Shown: positions 18,436 through 31,221, numbered from the stretch's first letter. The stretch: DNA of 64,000 nt from a bacterium (GCA_963663405.2 CAXXSM010000023.1:18417-82416); one strand, 5' to 3'. Notes: generated by a model not told the origin, from the sequence alone. Numbers and translations: made by a program.

Positions 18436-19752
18436 CTAAAATGAATTGGGATCGTATTCAGGAATGCGCATTTGTGAGCTGACGGCGGCGATTTTGTCAC
18501 GGAGGCGCTCCCATGAAGAACGCATCCGCACATTGACGATCAATCCAATCCCCAACATGCACGACAACAAAAACGAGCCCCCATAAGAAATAAATGGAAA
18601 AGGAAGACCGGTCACAGGGAGAAGCCCGGTAACCATGCCCACATTAATCGTGATATGCGTGAAAAACATCGATAGAATCCCTGTGACGATCAAGGAGCCT
18701 TCCAGCGTTTTCGAAATCACCGCGGTTTCAACTCCTCGTGTCAACAACAGAAAAAATCCTCCAAGCAGAATCGAAACCCATAAAAATCCCATCTGTTCCC
18801 CCAAAACCGAGAAGGCGAAATCGTGCTTGAATTCCGGCAGGAATTTGTATTTACTCTGCGTTCCCATGCCTACGCCCTTGCCCCAAAAGCCTCCTGATCC
18901 AAGCGCGATTTTTGATTGATCGAGATTCCAATTGCTCCCTCTAATATCCTCATCTTGCGCGAAATACGCTTCAAACCTCATCCTCGCGTGGGAGGGAACC
19001 TGATTCCAAATCGCGGGTCCGAACTCATAAATCACAACAAACAACACAATGCCAGCCGATAAAAAAGGCGCCCAGACACTCGCAGGCGTCTTTTGAAAAA
19101 GGGAGATGGCTAACAAAGCAAGCAGTATGACCAACCAGATCAAAATCCAAATGATATCATGATTGATGGCCATGAGACTCAAGGCAGGTGACACAATGAG
19201 AGCAAGATACATTCCCGGCAGTCCCGCTACGTACATCATAATCAATGTCACTGGGACAAAGACCAGCGCCGTGCCATAATCAGGCTGTTTCAAGATTAAC
19301 AAAGAAGGGATAGCGCCGATCACAAGCGGTTTGATGATATCCAACAGGCCGTTCCATTCCCCCCGTTGTTTGGATAACCATTTCGCCAGAAACAAGATAG
19401 TAGCCAGTTTGGCGAATTCAGATGGCTGTACTTGAACGGATGGCAGAATCTTAATCCAAGAATCCGCCCCATGGCTACTATGTCCTAATGGTGTAAAACA
19501 GAGAAGTAGACTGAACAATCCAACAATATAAATCAATCCCGAACATCGTACCAAAAACTCAAAATCGACAAACAAGATCCCGATCATCGCTAAAAAGCCG
19601 ATTGCGGTCCACTGAATCTGCCGGACCCATTCCGTATCCGAAGGATTATCGATCGTCGCGCCGGCCAGCGCGAGGATACCGATCACAATCAAACCGATCG
19701 TGAGTAACATGGAAAAGTAATCAATTTCAAACAGGATCTTTGTTTTTATCAC
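18436..19752 (-). CDS. rodA: rod shape-determining SEDS protein RodA
   Basis: QVQPSEFAK, KQPDYGT, QSKIALGSGGFWGKG, LPEFKHDF, PFISYGGS; follows mrdA; start (GTG) approximate. Confidence 0.92.
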   Translation of the reverse strand: MIKTKILFEIDYFSMLLTIGLIVIGILALAGATIDNPSDTEWVRQIQWTAIGFLAMIGILFVDFEFLVRCSGLIYIVGLFSLLLCFTPLGHSSHGADSWIKILPSVQVQPSEFAKLATILFLAKWLSKQRGEWNGLLDIIKPLVIGAIPSLLILKQPDYGTALVFVPVTLIMMYVAGLPGMYLALIVSPALSLMAINHDIIWILIWLVILLALLAISLFQKTPASVWAPFLSAGIVLFVVIYEFGPAIWNQVPSHARMRFEAYFAQDEDIRGSNWNLDQSKIALGSGGFWGKGVGMGTQSKYKFLPEFKHDFAFSVLGEQMGFLWVSILLGGFFLLLTRGVETAVISKTLEGSLIVTGILSMFFTHITINVGMVTGLLPVTGLPFPFISYGGSFLLSCMLGIGLIVNVRMRSSWERLRDKIAAVSSQMRIPEYDPNSF

Positions 19753-21547
19753 GCTGATACGCCTCAATCATTTTCATCGCCATAGGAGATGCGATTTCTC
19801 CACCGTGTCCACTATTTTCAACAAGGACCGTCACAACAATCTCCGGGTTTTCGAAAGGCCCGTAACAGACAAACCACGCGTGCGGTTCCCGGCCTCCTCC
19901 CACCTCCGCTGTGCCGGTTTTCCCCGCCAGAACGAATTCCTCGTTGCGAACCCGCCGTCCAGTGCCCCGGTCCGTGTTCACCACTTCCCACATGGCTTTA
20001 TGGCAGGTTTCCCAGGTAGATGGCTTCGCCTCGATCTTTCGCACCTCAACAGGATCAAAGGTATAGATTTCTTCCCGGTCCGTCGGGGAAACGACGCACT
20101 TGGCGACACGGGGTTGATAGAGCGCCCCATTATTGACCAATGCGCATAGACCCGTGCTGATTTGAAGCGGCGAAAGCGCGAGCGAACCTTGTCCGATTGA
20201 TAGATTGATCATCTCACCCGGACTCACGGTGTTTGGTGTTGGCAATGGATAATTGAATCGTTCTCCGGGAAGATCGATCCCCGTTGGACCTTTAAACCCA
20301 AAGTTCACCAGCCAGGGGAACAAGCGGTTCATCTTTAATTCCTGCCCGACCATTTTGTAAAAATAGCAGTCACAGGACAATTGCACGGCCTGGATCATAT
20401 TCATGGCTCCGTGCCCCCGGTGGTAATCATGCCAAATGTGACACTTCTTATCCTGGCCGTAGATTAAAACATGACCGGGGCAGTAGACTGTCGCGGAAAC
20501 CGGCGTATTCAATTCTTCCAGCAATGCGGCGCAGTAAAACGGTTTCATGATGGAACCGGGAGCGTATTGACTCCGTATCGCCCGGTGATAGAGAGGATTG
20601 TCGCGATCGAAATTGTACTCCCGGAACTTTTCGTTGTAGAGATTGGGATCAAACCGGGGGCTGGAGGCGAGAACGAGGATGGAATTATCGTTCGGATCAG
20701 CGACAATAATAGCCCCTCGCGAAGCGCCCAGAATGTTCTCCGCTTCCCGCTGCAAATTCGCGTCTATCGAGAGCATGATATTCATTCCAGGGATAGAGGG
20801 TTCAATCTCCCACGCCTGCCCATGTTGAATCTGCGATTTATCGACCATCACCCGGTTCAATCCATCTTTGCCCCGGAGATAGGATTCGTATTGTTTCTCG
20901 ATTCCGCTTTTCCCAATGACGTCATTTTGTGTATACCCCAATTCCTTTCTCGTCTCTAACTCGTGGAAATTGATCGGACCCGCGCGGCCAATGACGTGAG
21001 CCGCGAGTGATCCGTTGGGGTACTTGCGTTTATAGACTTTCCGGTAAAACACCATCGCCTCAATTGGGAATTCAACGCGCCGTTCCCGTACCGCCACATA
21101 ACGGTTGTAATCAATCTGTTTCGCGACAGGAACACGAAAATGCTTGTACCGGTAATCCGGATTATTGACCTTATAATTCCGCTTCAACGTATCCGTTGGC
21201 ATTTCGAGAATTTCGGAAAGAAGCTGGATGGATTTTTCGATAGTCTCGTCAACACAGCGCGTGGCGTCTTTTATCCGGATCGGGAGATAGATATCCCAAT
21301 ACGGTTCATCCATCGCCAGAATTTCGCCGTCCCGGTCGAGGATTTTTCCTCTCATGCTCTGGATAGGAACGTTTCTGAAATAATTCCGCTCCGCTCTCTC
21401 CTTATAAAAGGATTGCTGCAAAATCTGGATCGACCAAAGCCGGGAAATAAGAATCGCGAAGACGGTCATGCAGAACAAGAGAAAGACTTGCAGCCGGCGA
21501 TCAATGGTTTTGGGTTTCGGTGTGAGCAGTGATTTAGATTGCATCAT
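19727..21547 (-). CDS. mrdA: penicillin-binding protein 2
   Basis: RGKILDRDG, GKSGIEKQYE, SxxK (PGSIMK), SCD, KTGTAE; start at MMQSK just after the mreD stop. Confidence 0.93.
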   Translation of the reverse strand: MMQSKSLLTPKPKTIDRRLQVFLLFCMTVFAILISRLWSIQILQQSFYKERAERNYFRNVPIQSMRGKILDRDGEILAMDEPYWDIYLPIRIKDATRCVDETIEKSIQLLSEILEMPTDTLKRNYKVNNPDYRYKHFRVPVAKQIDYNRYVAVRERRVEFPIEAMVFYRKVYKRKYPNGSLAAHVIGRAGPINFHELETRKELGYTQNDVIGKSGIEKQYESYLRGKDGLNRVMVDKSQIQHGQAWEIEPSIPGMNIMLSIDANLQREAENILGASRGAIIVADPNDNSILVLASSPRFDPNLYNEKFREYNFDRDNPLYHRAIRSQYAPGSIMKPFYCAALLEELNTPVSATVYCPGHVLIYGQDKKCHIWHDYHRGHGAMNMIQAVQLSCDCYFYKMVGQELKMNRLFPWLVNFGFKGPTGIDLPGERFNYPLPTPNTVSPGEMINLSIGQGSLALSPLQISTGLCALVNNGALYQPRVAKCVVSPTDREEIYTFDPVEVRKIEAKPSTWETCHKAMWEVVNTDRGTGRRVRNEEFVLAGKTGTAEVGGGREPHAWFVCYGPFENPEIVVTVLVENSGHGGEIASPMAMKMIEAYQRDKNKDPV

Positions 21548-21548
21548 C

Positions 21549-22055
21549 TTACGCGTTCCGTCCTCCCCACAAGGTTTCGACGTCCCGCTCAGGCAGCTGA
21601 ATTGGAGGAGAGGACCAGGGGAACAGATAGAAACAAATCCCGGCGACAATCGCGCCGGCGAGTATATACGCTTCCATCTGCTGAATGGAAACACCCGTAT
21701 TGAAATTCGACAACCAGAAAATCACCTCGCCAAACCGGACAAGGCCACAGAGGAGCATCCCAATAAATAACCGGGAAATGGAAAACTGCGCCCAGAACAA
21801 AACCCGAATCCGGGCGACGATCATCACCATTAGCAAATAAAGACAGGAGTGCATCCCCATCAGATCCACATTAACCGCGTCCCAAAAGATCCCCATAATG
21901 AACGCCAGCAGATACGCCTCCCCCATAGGACGGGTTAAAGCGGAATAAATCACCGCCAACAACACAATATCCGGAGTCCAGATTCCCCAATTGAAGAAAA
22001 TCCGGATCGAAAGATCCCCCAAAAAAATTCCCGTCATTTGCAGCCAGTATTTCAT
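21549..22055 (-). CDS. mreD: rod shape-determining protein MreD
   Basis: Hydrophobic 168-aa protein with PDIVLL and GIFWD motifs, directly before mrdA. Confidence 0.85.
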   Translation of the reverse strand: MKYWLQMTGIFLGDLSIRIFFNWGIWTPDIVLLAVIYSALTRPMGEAYLLAFIMGIFWDAVNVDLMGMHSCLYLLMVMIVARIRVLFWAQFSISRLFIGMLLCGLVRFGEVIFWLSNFNTGVSIQQMEAYILAGAIVAGICFYLFPWSSPPIQLPERDVETLWGGRNA

Positions 22056-22157
22056 TGTGATTTCTATATTGTTGAACTGTGTGGTTTAACTATTTGTCTA
22101 TTCAAAATATACCAACGTTTCATCCTGCGGGAACCGTTTTGTTTCACAATCTGAAGT

Positions 22158-23051
22158 CTAAGATTGAATTCGCTTCAACAATAAATTGTGTAGTTCCCTG
22201 AAATCATTTGGTGCTTGATTGAGAGGTTTTCTCATCAGATCTTTGAGAATCTCACGCCTTTTATCGATCCCTTGCAGTATATTTCCTTTTGCGTCTTTGA
22301 TTTCGAAATAACTGTTAACAATTGAATTTACTATTTCTTTTCCACTCTGTAATTCCAACCATTTCCCGCATCCGAATTCAAGGATTTCTTTACTACCAGA
22401 TAATAATTCAAAGATATCATCGAATCGTTTCTCGATTTCTCTCACATCTAATTTCTTGGTTACTTTGTTTTTATAATTCGGAAATTCACTCGCAGTGGTC
22501 AGTTTTTCAATCGCATCCTCTCGGCTTTGAAAATCTTCTAATCGCTTGAATTTCTGAATCCAATTCTCTTTGAAATCTTCCCGAATTTCCACAATCACTT
22601 GATTGGCCGCATCGATATAAATCCGCTCCTGAAAACGGCTAAGAATCTCTTTGCGCAATTGTTCTTCTGAAATAGAACAATGTTCTGATAGAATAAGAAA
22701 TTCTGGATCTAAAAAATAATTCTCAATTTCACGCCGCCGCCACACAAGAAGATTCTTCTTTGATGGATCGGGGAAATTACTCCAGCTATTTTCAATGAAT
22801 TCATCAGTATGATAATCACGGTCGATTAAGAAATAATAATTCGGATGATGCTTATAAAGCGCTTCCGCTACGCTATGAATATGGAACGATGGGCCTAACG
22901 GTTTCACTTTAATGTTTATTTTTTTATCATTCAAGAATTCCTCTAAAACAACCGAATCCAAAGAATTTTCATCTTTGCCTTCCACAAATAATACATGTTC
23001 TCCACTCTGCCTGATCGATTCCGCCCGCACCCCGGATTGAACAGCAGTCAT
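22158..23051 (-). CDS. TOPRIM/DUF4435-like protein (PARIS AriB-like effector)
   Basis: LFVEG, IDRD and EIENY OLD-type TOPRIM motifs; ATGA overlap with the upstream ATPase; AT-rich. Confidence 0.7.
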   Translation of the reverse strand: MTAVQSGVRAESIRQSGEHVLFVEGKDENSLDSVVLEEFLNDKKINIKVKPLGPSFHIHSVAEALYKHHPNYYFLIDRDYHTDEFIENSWSNFPDPSKKNLLVWRRREIENYFLDPEFLILSEHCSISEEQLRKEILSRFQERIYIDAANQVIVEIREDFKENWIQKFKRLEDFQSREDAIEKLTTASEFPNYKNKVTKKLDVREIEKRFDDIFELLSGSKEILEFGCGKWLELQSGKEIVNSIVNSYFEIKDAKGNILQGIDKRREILKDLMRKPLNQAPNDFRELHNLLLKRIQS

Positions 23052-24133
23052 CCCTTTCCTCCCCCTGATGCGGTTAGTAAAACCCGGTGATCTTCCGGCA
23101 CAGCGGAAAAGACATCTTCAGAGTGCGTAGCAATGATATATTGATTCTCCGGCGCGATATCATATAAAGACCACATAAATTTCCGATGCCATTCCGCATT
23201 CAGATGAAGCTCTGGTTCATCAATGAGCACAATTCCTGGATTATTTTTTGTGTTATACCATATAAGAAATAATGTGGAAATGATCTCTTTTTGACCGGAA
23301 CTTAAACCATCGAATGTATATGATTCGCTACCATTTTCAGGAGTGATTCTAATATCAACTGTGTTGTTAGCAGCAGGACGTAACTTTTCAATTTTTCCAC
23401 CAGCATAACGAAAAACTAAATCATTTAATTTCATCAGTTCTTCATGCGATTCTTCCATATCAAAATTCTCGAAAAGAGATGCTTTGCTCATCATATATTT
23501 CAAAATCTCAACTTTGAACAAACTAATTGGAAAATCGCTTCTATCTCTATATCTCATTTGTCTCATATATTTATAATCATCCACCATCATTCCAAGTTTT
23601 GGATTCCCTTCTTGTACTTTCCTATAACTGTGAAAGTATAAAAAGGGAGACAAGATTAATGGTTCTGAATTCAATGCTATTATTGAATACAAAAAATGCT
23701 CTACAAGGTTTTCAATATACTTATTAGGTTTCAATATTGTTTCAAACGGCTTTATATTTCCCTCAAATTTTAATCCTATATCCTTTGAAAACGTTAATTT
23801 TATTTTTATGTCTTTTTCATTTATATCGAAATTTCCTTCAATAATTGCTTTATTCGTTCCAGCACGAATTAATAAATCAAATATATTAATCGGTGTTTCT
23901 CTCCACATTGATCTATTGAAATTCTCTTTCCCCAAAAAAACACCAAGAAACAAAAGCGCGCACGCTTCCAACACCGATGTCTTCCCCACTCCATTTTTGC
24001 TGCCCATGGCAAAAACATCGGGATCGTTTTTCATTAATGGAGGAGGGAATTCCAGATCGAGGGAATCGAGCGCTTTGAAATTCTGTATTTTTAAACGCCG
24101 AAGTTTGATCCCCACGTTCTCTTGCTTGGGCAT
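23048..24133 (-). CDS. ABC-type ATPase (AAA_15/AAA_21; PARIS AriA-like)
   Basis: IQNFK, Walker A GSKNGVGKT, signature LSSGQ, Walker B LIDEPELHL, IATHS; no TM segments. Confidence 0.85.
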   Translation of the reverse strand: MPKQENVGIKLRRLKIQNFKALDSLDLEFPPPLMKNDPDVFAMGSKNGVGKTSVLEACALLFLGVFLGKENFNRSMWRETPINIFDLLIRAGTNKAIIEGNFDINEKDIKIKLTFSKDIGLKFEGNIKPFETILKPNKYIENLVEHFLYSIIALNSEPLILSPFLYFHSYRKVQEGNPKLGMMVDDYKYMRQMRYRDRSDFPISLFKVEILKYMMSKASLFENFDMEESHEELMKLNDLVFRYAGGKIEKLRPAANNTVDIRITPENGSESYTFDGLSSGQKEIISTLFLIWYNTKNNPGIVLIDEPELHLNAEWHRKFMWSLYDIAPENQYIIATHSEDVFSAVPEDHRVLLTASGGGKG

Positions 24134-24251
24134 GATTTGAGTTCCCTTATCGCAGATCGAAAATGATCCGTTTTCTGTTATTAATGATCTATGACGCAAT
24201 GAAAACAGTTCGATGAGAAGAATTCGTGGATTAATCCGGCTTGAATCCGCG

Positions 24252-25136
24252 TCATCCGTCTGTCATTAGAGACAGCATTTCGTCTTCTAGAGACGTTGTG
24301 GTAATAATGAGGACCGATTTGACGGATTCAAAATCGACCGCGGGTTCCACGACCAATCCCTCTTCGGACGTGGCGTCGCTGATATAGCCGACAAGAAGAT
24401 CGCGTGGAAAGACAAATCCCTGCCCAGAGGTCCACACCGCGTTCCCCGGTGAAGGATAGTTGTTCTCGTCTCCCCCAGCGATTAGATGCTGGTCTTGAAA
24501 GATTAATTGTTTTCCCTCTTCCGTCCCACAGACGACACCCTCATACGAGGTGCCTTCCACATAACACCCTACGGCGCTTCCCGGATCGGTCAGCGGCATA
24601 ACCCGCGAGGCGTGCTCTTTCATCCGGATTGTCCGCCCGATTAATCCCTGCGTTGTCCAAACCGGCATATTATTGGACAGCCCATCCACCGAACCCCGAT
24701 TGATAATCAGAGACTGCGTCAACCGTTTCTCCCGGTACCGCACAATCGCCGACACCGCAGGGAAATCCTCTTCATGCGGCATCCGCAGCGCGTCAAGGTA
24801 TGACGCATGATCCTTCAGTTTGTATTTCAACTTCGCATTTTCAAGTTTCAACGTCTCCATCTCTTCACGGAGAGCGATCAACTCTTTTTTAGCCCGGAAA
24901 TTTTCGAGCAAGCCGGAAATCTGAGAGGAGACAAAATTCCGCACGCTTTGAATCGCGCCGATGGGATAGAGAATTACGCGGGAGATCACATTCGAGGACT
25001 CCATCCCTTTATCGGACGAATAATAGAGCATCAATAAGACAGAAAGAATGAGTAAAGCAATCCCTAACGTTCGTGGCCGAATCAGAGAGGATTTCTTCTT
25101 TCGGACGGATGTATATCGATTCGATGTGAAAAACAT
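24252..25136 (-). CDS. mreC: rod shape-determining protein MreC
   Basis: N-terminal TM, coiled coil, IINRGSVDG, GLIGR, TSGQGFVFPRDLLVG, PAVDF. Confidence 0.9.
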   Translation of the reverse strand: MFFTSNRYTSVRKKKSSLIRPRTLGIALLILSVLLMLYYSSDKGMESSNVISRVILYPIGAIQSVRNFVSSQISGLLENFRAKKELIALREEMETLKLENAKLKYKLKDHASYLDALRMPHEEDFPAVSAIVRYREKRLTQSLIINRGSVDGLSNNMPVWTTQGLIGRTIRMKEHASRVMPLTDPGSAVGCYVEGTSYEGVVCGTEEGKQLIFQDQHLIAGGDENNYPSPGNAVWTSGQGFVFPRDLLVGYISDATSEEGLVVEPAVDFESVKSVLIITTTSLEDEMLSLMTDG

Positions 25137-25165
25137 AACAATCCGTTTTAAATCAATGAAAGGGA

Positions 25166-26245
<1,080 letters not shown>

Positions 26246-26286
26246 CTAGAATGAGTATGAATACGAACGGGCGCCGGTGGAGCAGT

Positions 26287-26372
26287 AATATAAAACTGAA
26301 TCTCGAAAACGAGCGCATCCGCAGTTACCGCCGCGACTCATTTTCATCTGCAGGTTGTGATCTCGATCATGA
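26287..26372 (-). repeat. ~90-bp fixed-spacing element, copy B (upstream of mreB)
   Basis: Arms 26336-26347 and 26290-26301 enclose 34 bp; leader CATGATCGAGATCACAACCTGCAG. Confidence 0.8.
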
Positions 26373-26706
26373 TGAATTACTAGAAAGTAACACATACTAT
26401 TATGACGTTGATCAATCACTCCACCTTCAATCCTTCGCTGGATATTTTTTTATAATACTTAAAACAAAATCGATAGTACATTATTTCTCGAAAGAGACTT
26501 AACAATCATCCTATTCCGCTAAAGATAATACCTTGAAAACATGATTCCTATAAGTCATAACGCATAAAAAACAATAGTGCGATCAAACTCTTCACAATAA
26601 TGTTTGTTATGGTCAATCAATATTCCCCTCGCTTACGATATCGTATAGTATTATAATGGCGTTGTTACGTTAGTTCTGGTAAAAATATAATTCTATTCTG
26701 TTTTTC

Positions 26707-26738
26707 AAAAAAACCCCCGGAGCAAATCTCCGGGGGGT
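26707..26738 (-). terminator. intrinsic terminator downstream of smc
   Basis: CCCCCGGAG/CTCCGGGGG stem followed by T7 on the minus strand. Confidence 0.7.
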
Positions 26739-26948
26739 AAGAGATGCACGGGCGCAAAGGCGCCTTATGGAGGCAAGATTAAATTTTTCGAACGGAGCGT
26801 TCATGATTTTACCCGGATAGATGCGGCAAAATGATCCTAAAACGTGACGCAAGCAAAATGGCTATCTGATAAGTCCATTAAAACTTGTATATCTATGGGT
26901 AAATCTATTTTTACTGTTTCGTCCCAGATAGAAATAACGATAAAACGC

Positions 26949-29900
26949 TCAAACCGCCACTTCTTCTGGGACCAATTCCTCTTTTTCTTCTGTGTCCGCC
27001 TCTTCTGGATTTGGATCTTTTACTCGATCGATCTTGGAAACGTTCCCTTCTTTGAATTTCATGGAATAAAGGGATGAAACCCCCTCTTCCGCCATAGTGA
27101 CACCATACAAAGCGTCACACATTTCCATTGTCTTTTTGCTGTGGGTAATAATGATAAACTGAGACCGGTCGAGGAAATTCCGTAAAATTGTAGTGAAACG
27201 GCAGATATTCGTTTCATCCAACGGCGCGTCGATCTCGTCGAGAAAACAGAAGGGACTCGGTTTGATTTCATAAATCGCAAACAGAAGAGCCACCGCGACC
27301 AACGCTTTCTCTCCACCGGAAAGCAGTGTAATCGATTGCAACTTCTTTCCAGGAGGCTGGACCTCAATCTCGATCCCGGCGTCCATTGGATCTCCATCGA
27401 GAAGAACGAGTTCGGCGCGCCCTCCGTTGAACATCTTTCGGAACATACGGCTGAAATTCTCTTTGACCACTTCGAATGTCTCCAAGAATAGTTTCACCGT
27501 CGTGCCGTGAAGTTCTTTTGTAGTACTGAGTAAATCCGCCTTCGATTTTTCTAAATCATTCTTCTGCTCTTCAAGAAAATCCCGCCGTTCTTTCACTTCT
27601 TCGTATTCTTCAATGGCGAGTTCATTGACGATTCCCAATTGAGACAAGCGCCGCCGGAAAAATTCAACTTTTTCCTTTATTTCCGCATCGCTGCGGTCGT
27701 CGCGCTCCAATTCCTCCCGGTTCTCAAGAGTAGAGAACGTTTCTTCCAGTTTTTTCTCCCAATATTCTTTTTCCACCGTCAAGCGCATTTGGTCTTGATC
27801 GGATTTCTCTTTCTCTTTTCGGAGGGATTCAAAAAGTTCTTGAAGACCGGATTCTTCTTTTTCCACTTTTTGAATATCGGAGCGCAATCCCTGATTGATC
27901 TCCTCGCATTGGCAAAGTTCCTGCCACAATTCTTCGCGCTCAGTTCGTAATTCCGTAATGGTGTTTTTCGTTTCCTCGATGGCTTGGCGCGTTTCGAGGC
28001 GGCGTTCTTCCTGTTGGGCGGCAAGATGTTTCTTCTCTTCAATTCCTCTCTCCAGTTCATGGAGATGACGTCCAAGAGTCTCAATATCCGCTGTCCACCG
28101 CTCGTTATCCTTCTGTTTTTCCAGCAGAATCATCCGCTGTTCATTGATCTGTTCTTCAAGCGCTTTCCGTTCTTGCACAATCCGGTCGATTTTGGTCTGG
28201 CATTCAATCAACGCGGTTTCGAGCGCATTTCGTTCTCGTTCGAAACCAGCGGATTGCAGTGTCCGTTCCTGCTCATCCCGCGCGCCTTCTTCCAATTTCC
28301 GGGAGAGGCTCTCATATTCCGTTGAGACTGTTTGCAGAGATTGTTCCACACGCTGGAGTTGCGTCTGTGAGCGTTGGAGTTCTTCTTTAACCACTTTAAG
28401 ACGGTTTTTCAGATCCAACGCCGTCTGCCGGACTTCATCCCGCTCCACACTCAACGCGCCGATCTCTTTTTGGATATCCTGCAGGTGAGAATCCAACCGG
28501 GCCCGTTCGCCGTCCAATGTTTGAACGATCTCTTCCAGGCGCGTGATTTCCGATGCGCGGTTCAAGATCTGCGATCCGGTCGAGTAGCCGCCGATGATAC
28601 ATCCATCGCTGTCGATCACGTCTCCCATTGGCGTTACCAACCGGTACCCAGCGGGGAGATCAGGACGAAGCAGCAACGCATGTGAGAAATCATCAACCAG
28701 ATAAACCCGGTCCAAAAGCTGTTGGATGAAAGGCTTGAAGTTATCCTCACAATGAACGAAATCGGCCGCTCGTTTTACTTGCTGTAAAATAGAGGGAGTT
28801 GATTCCGGCTGGTGATTCCCATCTTGTGTAAAAAAGGTCACGCGGCCTTGTTTCTCTGTCCGGAGCCGCTCGATCGCCTGCGCGACGGCGTTGTCGGATT
28901 TTGTGACGACCGCCTGTAATTTATGAGACAGCGCGGCTTCAATGGCCCGTTCATAACCGGCTTCCGCCTGGATCCGCTCCGCCACGGTCCCAACCAGTTC
29001 CGATTCCAATCCCGTTTCGTCTCGCAATAAAAAACGAACGCCTTGATCGAAACCTTCCAAATTGGCTTGCAATTCCCGCAGAGACTCCAAACGCGAGCGG
29101 CTCTGCTGCCACCGCCGTTCACACGCGTTCAAACCGGTTTTCGTCAAGGAAGCCGCTTGGGAAAGATCATCCAATTGTTGGCTAAGCGACTCGGAACGCT
29201 GGTTCACCTCATCGATCTGGGTTTCGAGAAGAATTTCTTCCTGGGCGAGTTCTTCCTGGCTCGTTTGGTGGGTTTGGATCTCCTGCTGCAGCTGTTCTTT
29301 CTCTTCCTGCAGTTTCGATACGCGCGTTGTGAAAAATTCGCGGTCCCGTTCCCAAATACGCTGTTGATTGTTCAGCTCGGTGATTTGATTCTCTATTTTA
29401 ATAAATGCTTCCCGCTTCTCTTTTCCTTCGCTTTCGACCGCAATAAACTCCTGACCGATTCGAGAAAGATCCTGTTCCAATTCAGAAACCGTCTGGCGAA
29501 GGATTTCAATCTCTTGTGTGAGAGACTCGGTTTGTTCCCGCGCGTTTTCAATCCGCTGATTCTCTTCCTCCCACCGTTTTTGATCGGCCTCACATTCACC
29601 CAGAAGACGAGTGCGCAGCTGTTCGTATTCATTCCCGCGTTCAGACAGATCGTTCAAATGGCGTTCCATTTGTTCGAGGCGCGCGGTCGACGAGGTGTAA
29701 AGATCCCGTTTTTCCTGATTCGCTTCATCCTGTTTTTGCAAGTCTGCAGCCAACGCATGTTTGCGCTGGCGGATTTCAACGATTTGTCCTTCATAGGTTT
29801 GAAGCTGCGCCTGTAAGCCGGTGAGACGAGCCGTCACTTCCTCCAGCCTGGAAAAGAGGGTTTTTCCTGACCGCATGTGAAGCGTATATTCCGACTCGTT

Positions 29901-30566
29901 CAGCTGTTTGCGGTATTTTTTCGCCAATTCCGCCTGTTTGGCTTGCCGTTCCAGAGTCCGGCAGCGCTTCTGGAGTTCAGAAAGAATGTCATCGATGCGG
30001 GTGAGATCCTGCTCTGTGCGCTCCAGTTTCCGCAGCGCTTCATTTTTTCGATGGAGATATCGCGAAACGCCCGCCGCTTCTTCTAAAATTTCCCGACGGT
30101 CCCGTGGTTTCGCGTTGATGATCATATCAACGCGCCCCTGCTCCATTAGTGAATAGGAATTGGTCCCAATCCCTGAATCCAGAAACAGATCGGTTACATC
30201 TTTCCGGCGGCATTTCGTCCGGTTGATCAAGTATTCGCTATCCCCGTTCCGGTGAAGGCGCCGGGTGATTTGGACTTCTTTATATGAAATCGGAAGCAAA
30301 TCGTCTGTATTGTCAAACACCAAAGAGACTTCGGCCAAACCGGCCGCGGGGCGGGCGGCGGTTCCATTGAAGATCATATCGAGCATAACGTTCCCACGAA
30401 GCCGCCGTGCGTTTTGTTCGCCCAACACCCAGCGTATGGCGTCCGAAACGTTTGATTTTCCGCATCCGTTCGGACCGATGATCCCCGTCAACCCTTGATC
30501 AAAATCAACTTCGGTTTTCTCAACAAACGATTTAAAACCGGAAACAGTCAATTTACGAAGATACAT
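26949..30566 (-). CDS. smc: chromosome segregation protein SMC
   Basis: [14 protein letters not shown], long coiled coils around a hinge, [20 protein letters not shown]; 1205 aa. Confidence 0.98.
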   Translation of the reverse strand: MYLRKLTVSGFKSFVEKTEVDFDQGLTGIIGPNGCGKSNVSDAIRWVLGEQNARRLRGNVMLDMIFNGTAARPAAGLAEVSLVFDNTDDLLPISYKEVQITRRLHRNGDSEYLINRTKCRRKDVTDLFLDSGIGTNSYSLMEQGRVDMIINAKPRDRREILEEAAGVSRYLHRKNEALRKLERTEQDLTRIDDILSELQKRCRTLERQAKQAELAKKYRKQLNESEYTLHMRSGKTLFSRLEEVTARLTGLQAQLQTYEGQIVEIRQRKHALAADLQKQDEANQEKRDLYTSSTARLEQMERHLNDLSERGNEYEQLRTRLLGECEADQKRWEEENQRIENAREQTESLTQEIEILRQTVSELEQDLSRIGQEFIAVESEGKEKREAFIKIENQITELNNQQRIWERDREFFTTRVSKLQEEKEQLQQEIQTHQTSQEELAQEEILLETQIDEVNQRSESLSQQLDDLSQAASLTKTGLNACERRWQQSRSRLESLRELQANLEGFDQGVRFLLRDETGLESELVGTVAERIQAEAGYERAIEAALSHKLQAVVTKSDNAVAQAIERLRTEKQGRVTFFTQDGNHQPESTPSILQQVKRAADFVHCEDNFKPFIQQLLDRVYLVDDFSHALLLRPDLPAGYRLVTPMGDVIDSDGCIIGGYSTGSQILNRASEITRLEEIVQTLDGERARLDSHLQDIQKEIGALSVERDEVRQTALDLKNRLKVVKEELQRSQTQLQRVEQSLQTVSTEYESLSRKLEEGARDEQERTLQSAGFERERNALETALIECQTKIDRIVQERKALEEQINEQRMILLEKQKDNERWTADIETLGRHLHELERGIEEKKHLAAQQEERRLETRQAIEETKNTITELRTEREELWQELCQCEEINQGLRSDIQKVEKEESGLQELFESLRKEKEKSDQDQMRLTVEKEYWEKKLEETFSTLENREELERDDRSDAEIKEKVEFFRRRLSQLGIVNELAIEEYEEVKERRDFLEEQKNDLEKSKADLLSTTKELHGTTVKLFLETFEVVKENFSRMFRKMFNGGRAELVLLDGDPMDAGIEIEVQPPGKKLQSITLLSGGEKALVAVALLFAIYEIKPSPFCFLDEIDAPLDETNICRFTTILRNFLDRSQFIIITHSKKTMEMCDALYGVTMAEEGVSSLYSMKFKEGNVSKIDRVKDPNPEEADTEEKEELVPEEVAV

Positions 30567-30760
30567 ACTCTGTCCTTATGTACGAAAATGAGGCGTCTTA
30601 ATGAGGAGCCAATTTCGTGAATCATTCCCGGTGGGTCGATTAAACGTGACCCACCCTACCGCTCTGACAGCAACAGTATAGCATCAGAAAGTCATGAAAA
30701 ACCAAATCAATCGTGACTGGGAAAGAATATAAAGGAACACGGCTGGATTGTCAACAGCAA

Positions 30761-30998
30761 AAACGCTATAAAGTGGTTTATCCACACTCTATCCACAAGA
30801 TATAGTGCTATCCAATCAAGATTTTAATTCCTGAATCTGTACGACTTACGATTTAGACTCTATCTTTGTTATTCACAATTAAATTTTTTTTTTCTGAAGC
30901 GTCTTAAAGTTATTCGTTAATATGCAAATATTCTAGAAATTTGAGGGAATATACAGTATAGAGGGGGTTACTAACATATAATCCACAAGATACAGAGT
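30761..30998. promoter_or_regulatory. two tandem pairs of NrdR-box-like sites interleaved with DnaA boxes, upstream of smc
   Basis: CCACAAGATATAGTGC (30793) and CCACAAGATACAGAGT (30983), each with a weaker box 32 bp upstream. TTATCCACA 30778, CTATCCACA 30789, TAATCCACA 30979. Confidence 0.5.
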
Positions 30999-31221
30999 TA
31001 TATTAAGTATAATTTAATTACTGATATTACTGAACTTATGAACATGCAATCTAGTAAGAATTCACAATCACATTGACAAATGGAATTATTGGTGATGAAT
31101 AGCGGAGAATCGATTCTATTTGGATGTTTTTTGAAGGGGAATTTCTAAAGTGGGTGTGGAATGTGGGTTCATCCATTTAATCTGGCAAGTTGTTGTACTT
31201 GACATGGGGGGTGGTTGATTA

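Noticed and set aside
26820-26880. c-di-GMP-I riboswitch-like words GGCAAA...GACGCAAG
   Set aside because: The enclosed stem does not pair, there is no GNRA loop, and the orientation is opposite to mreB.
30567-31200. oriC upstream of smc
   Set aside because: Only one perfect and a few scattered DnaA-like boxes, better explained as promoter elements with NrdR-like sites; not fully excluded.
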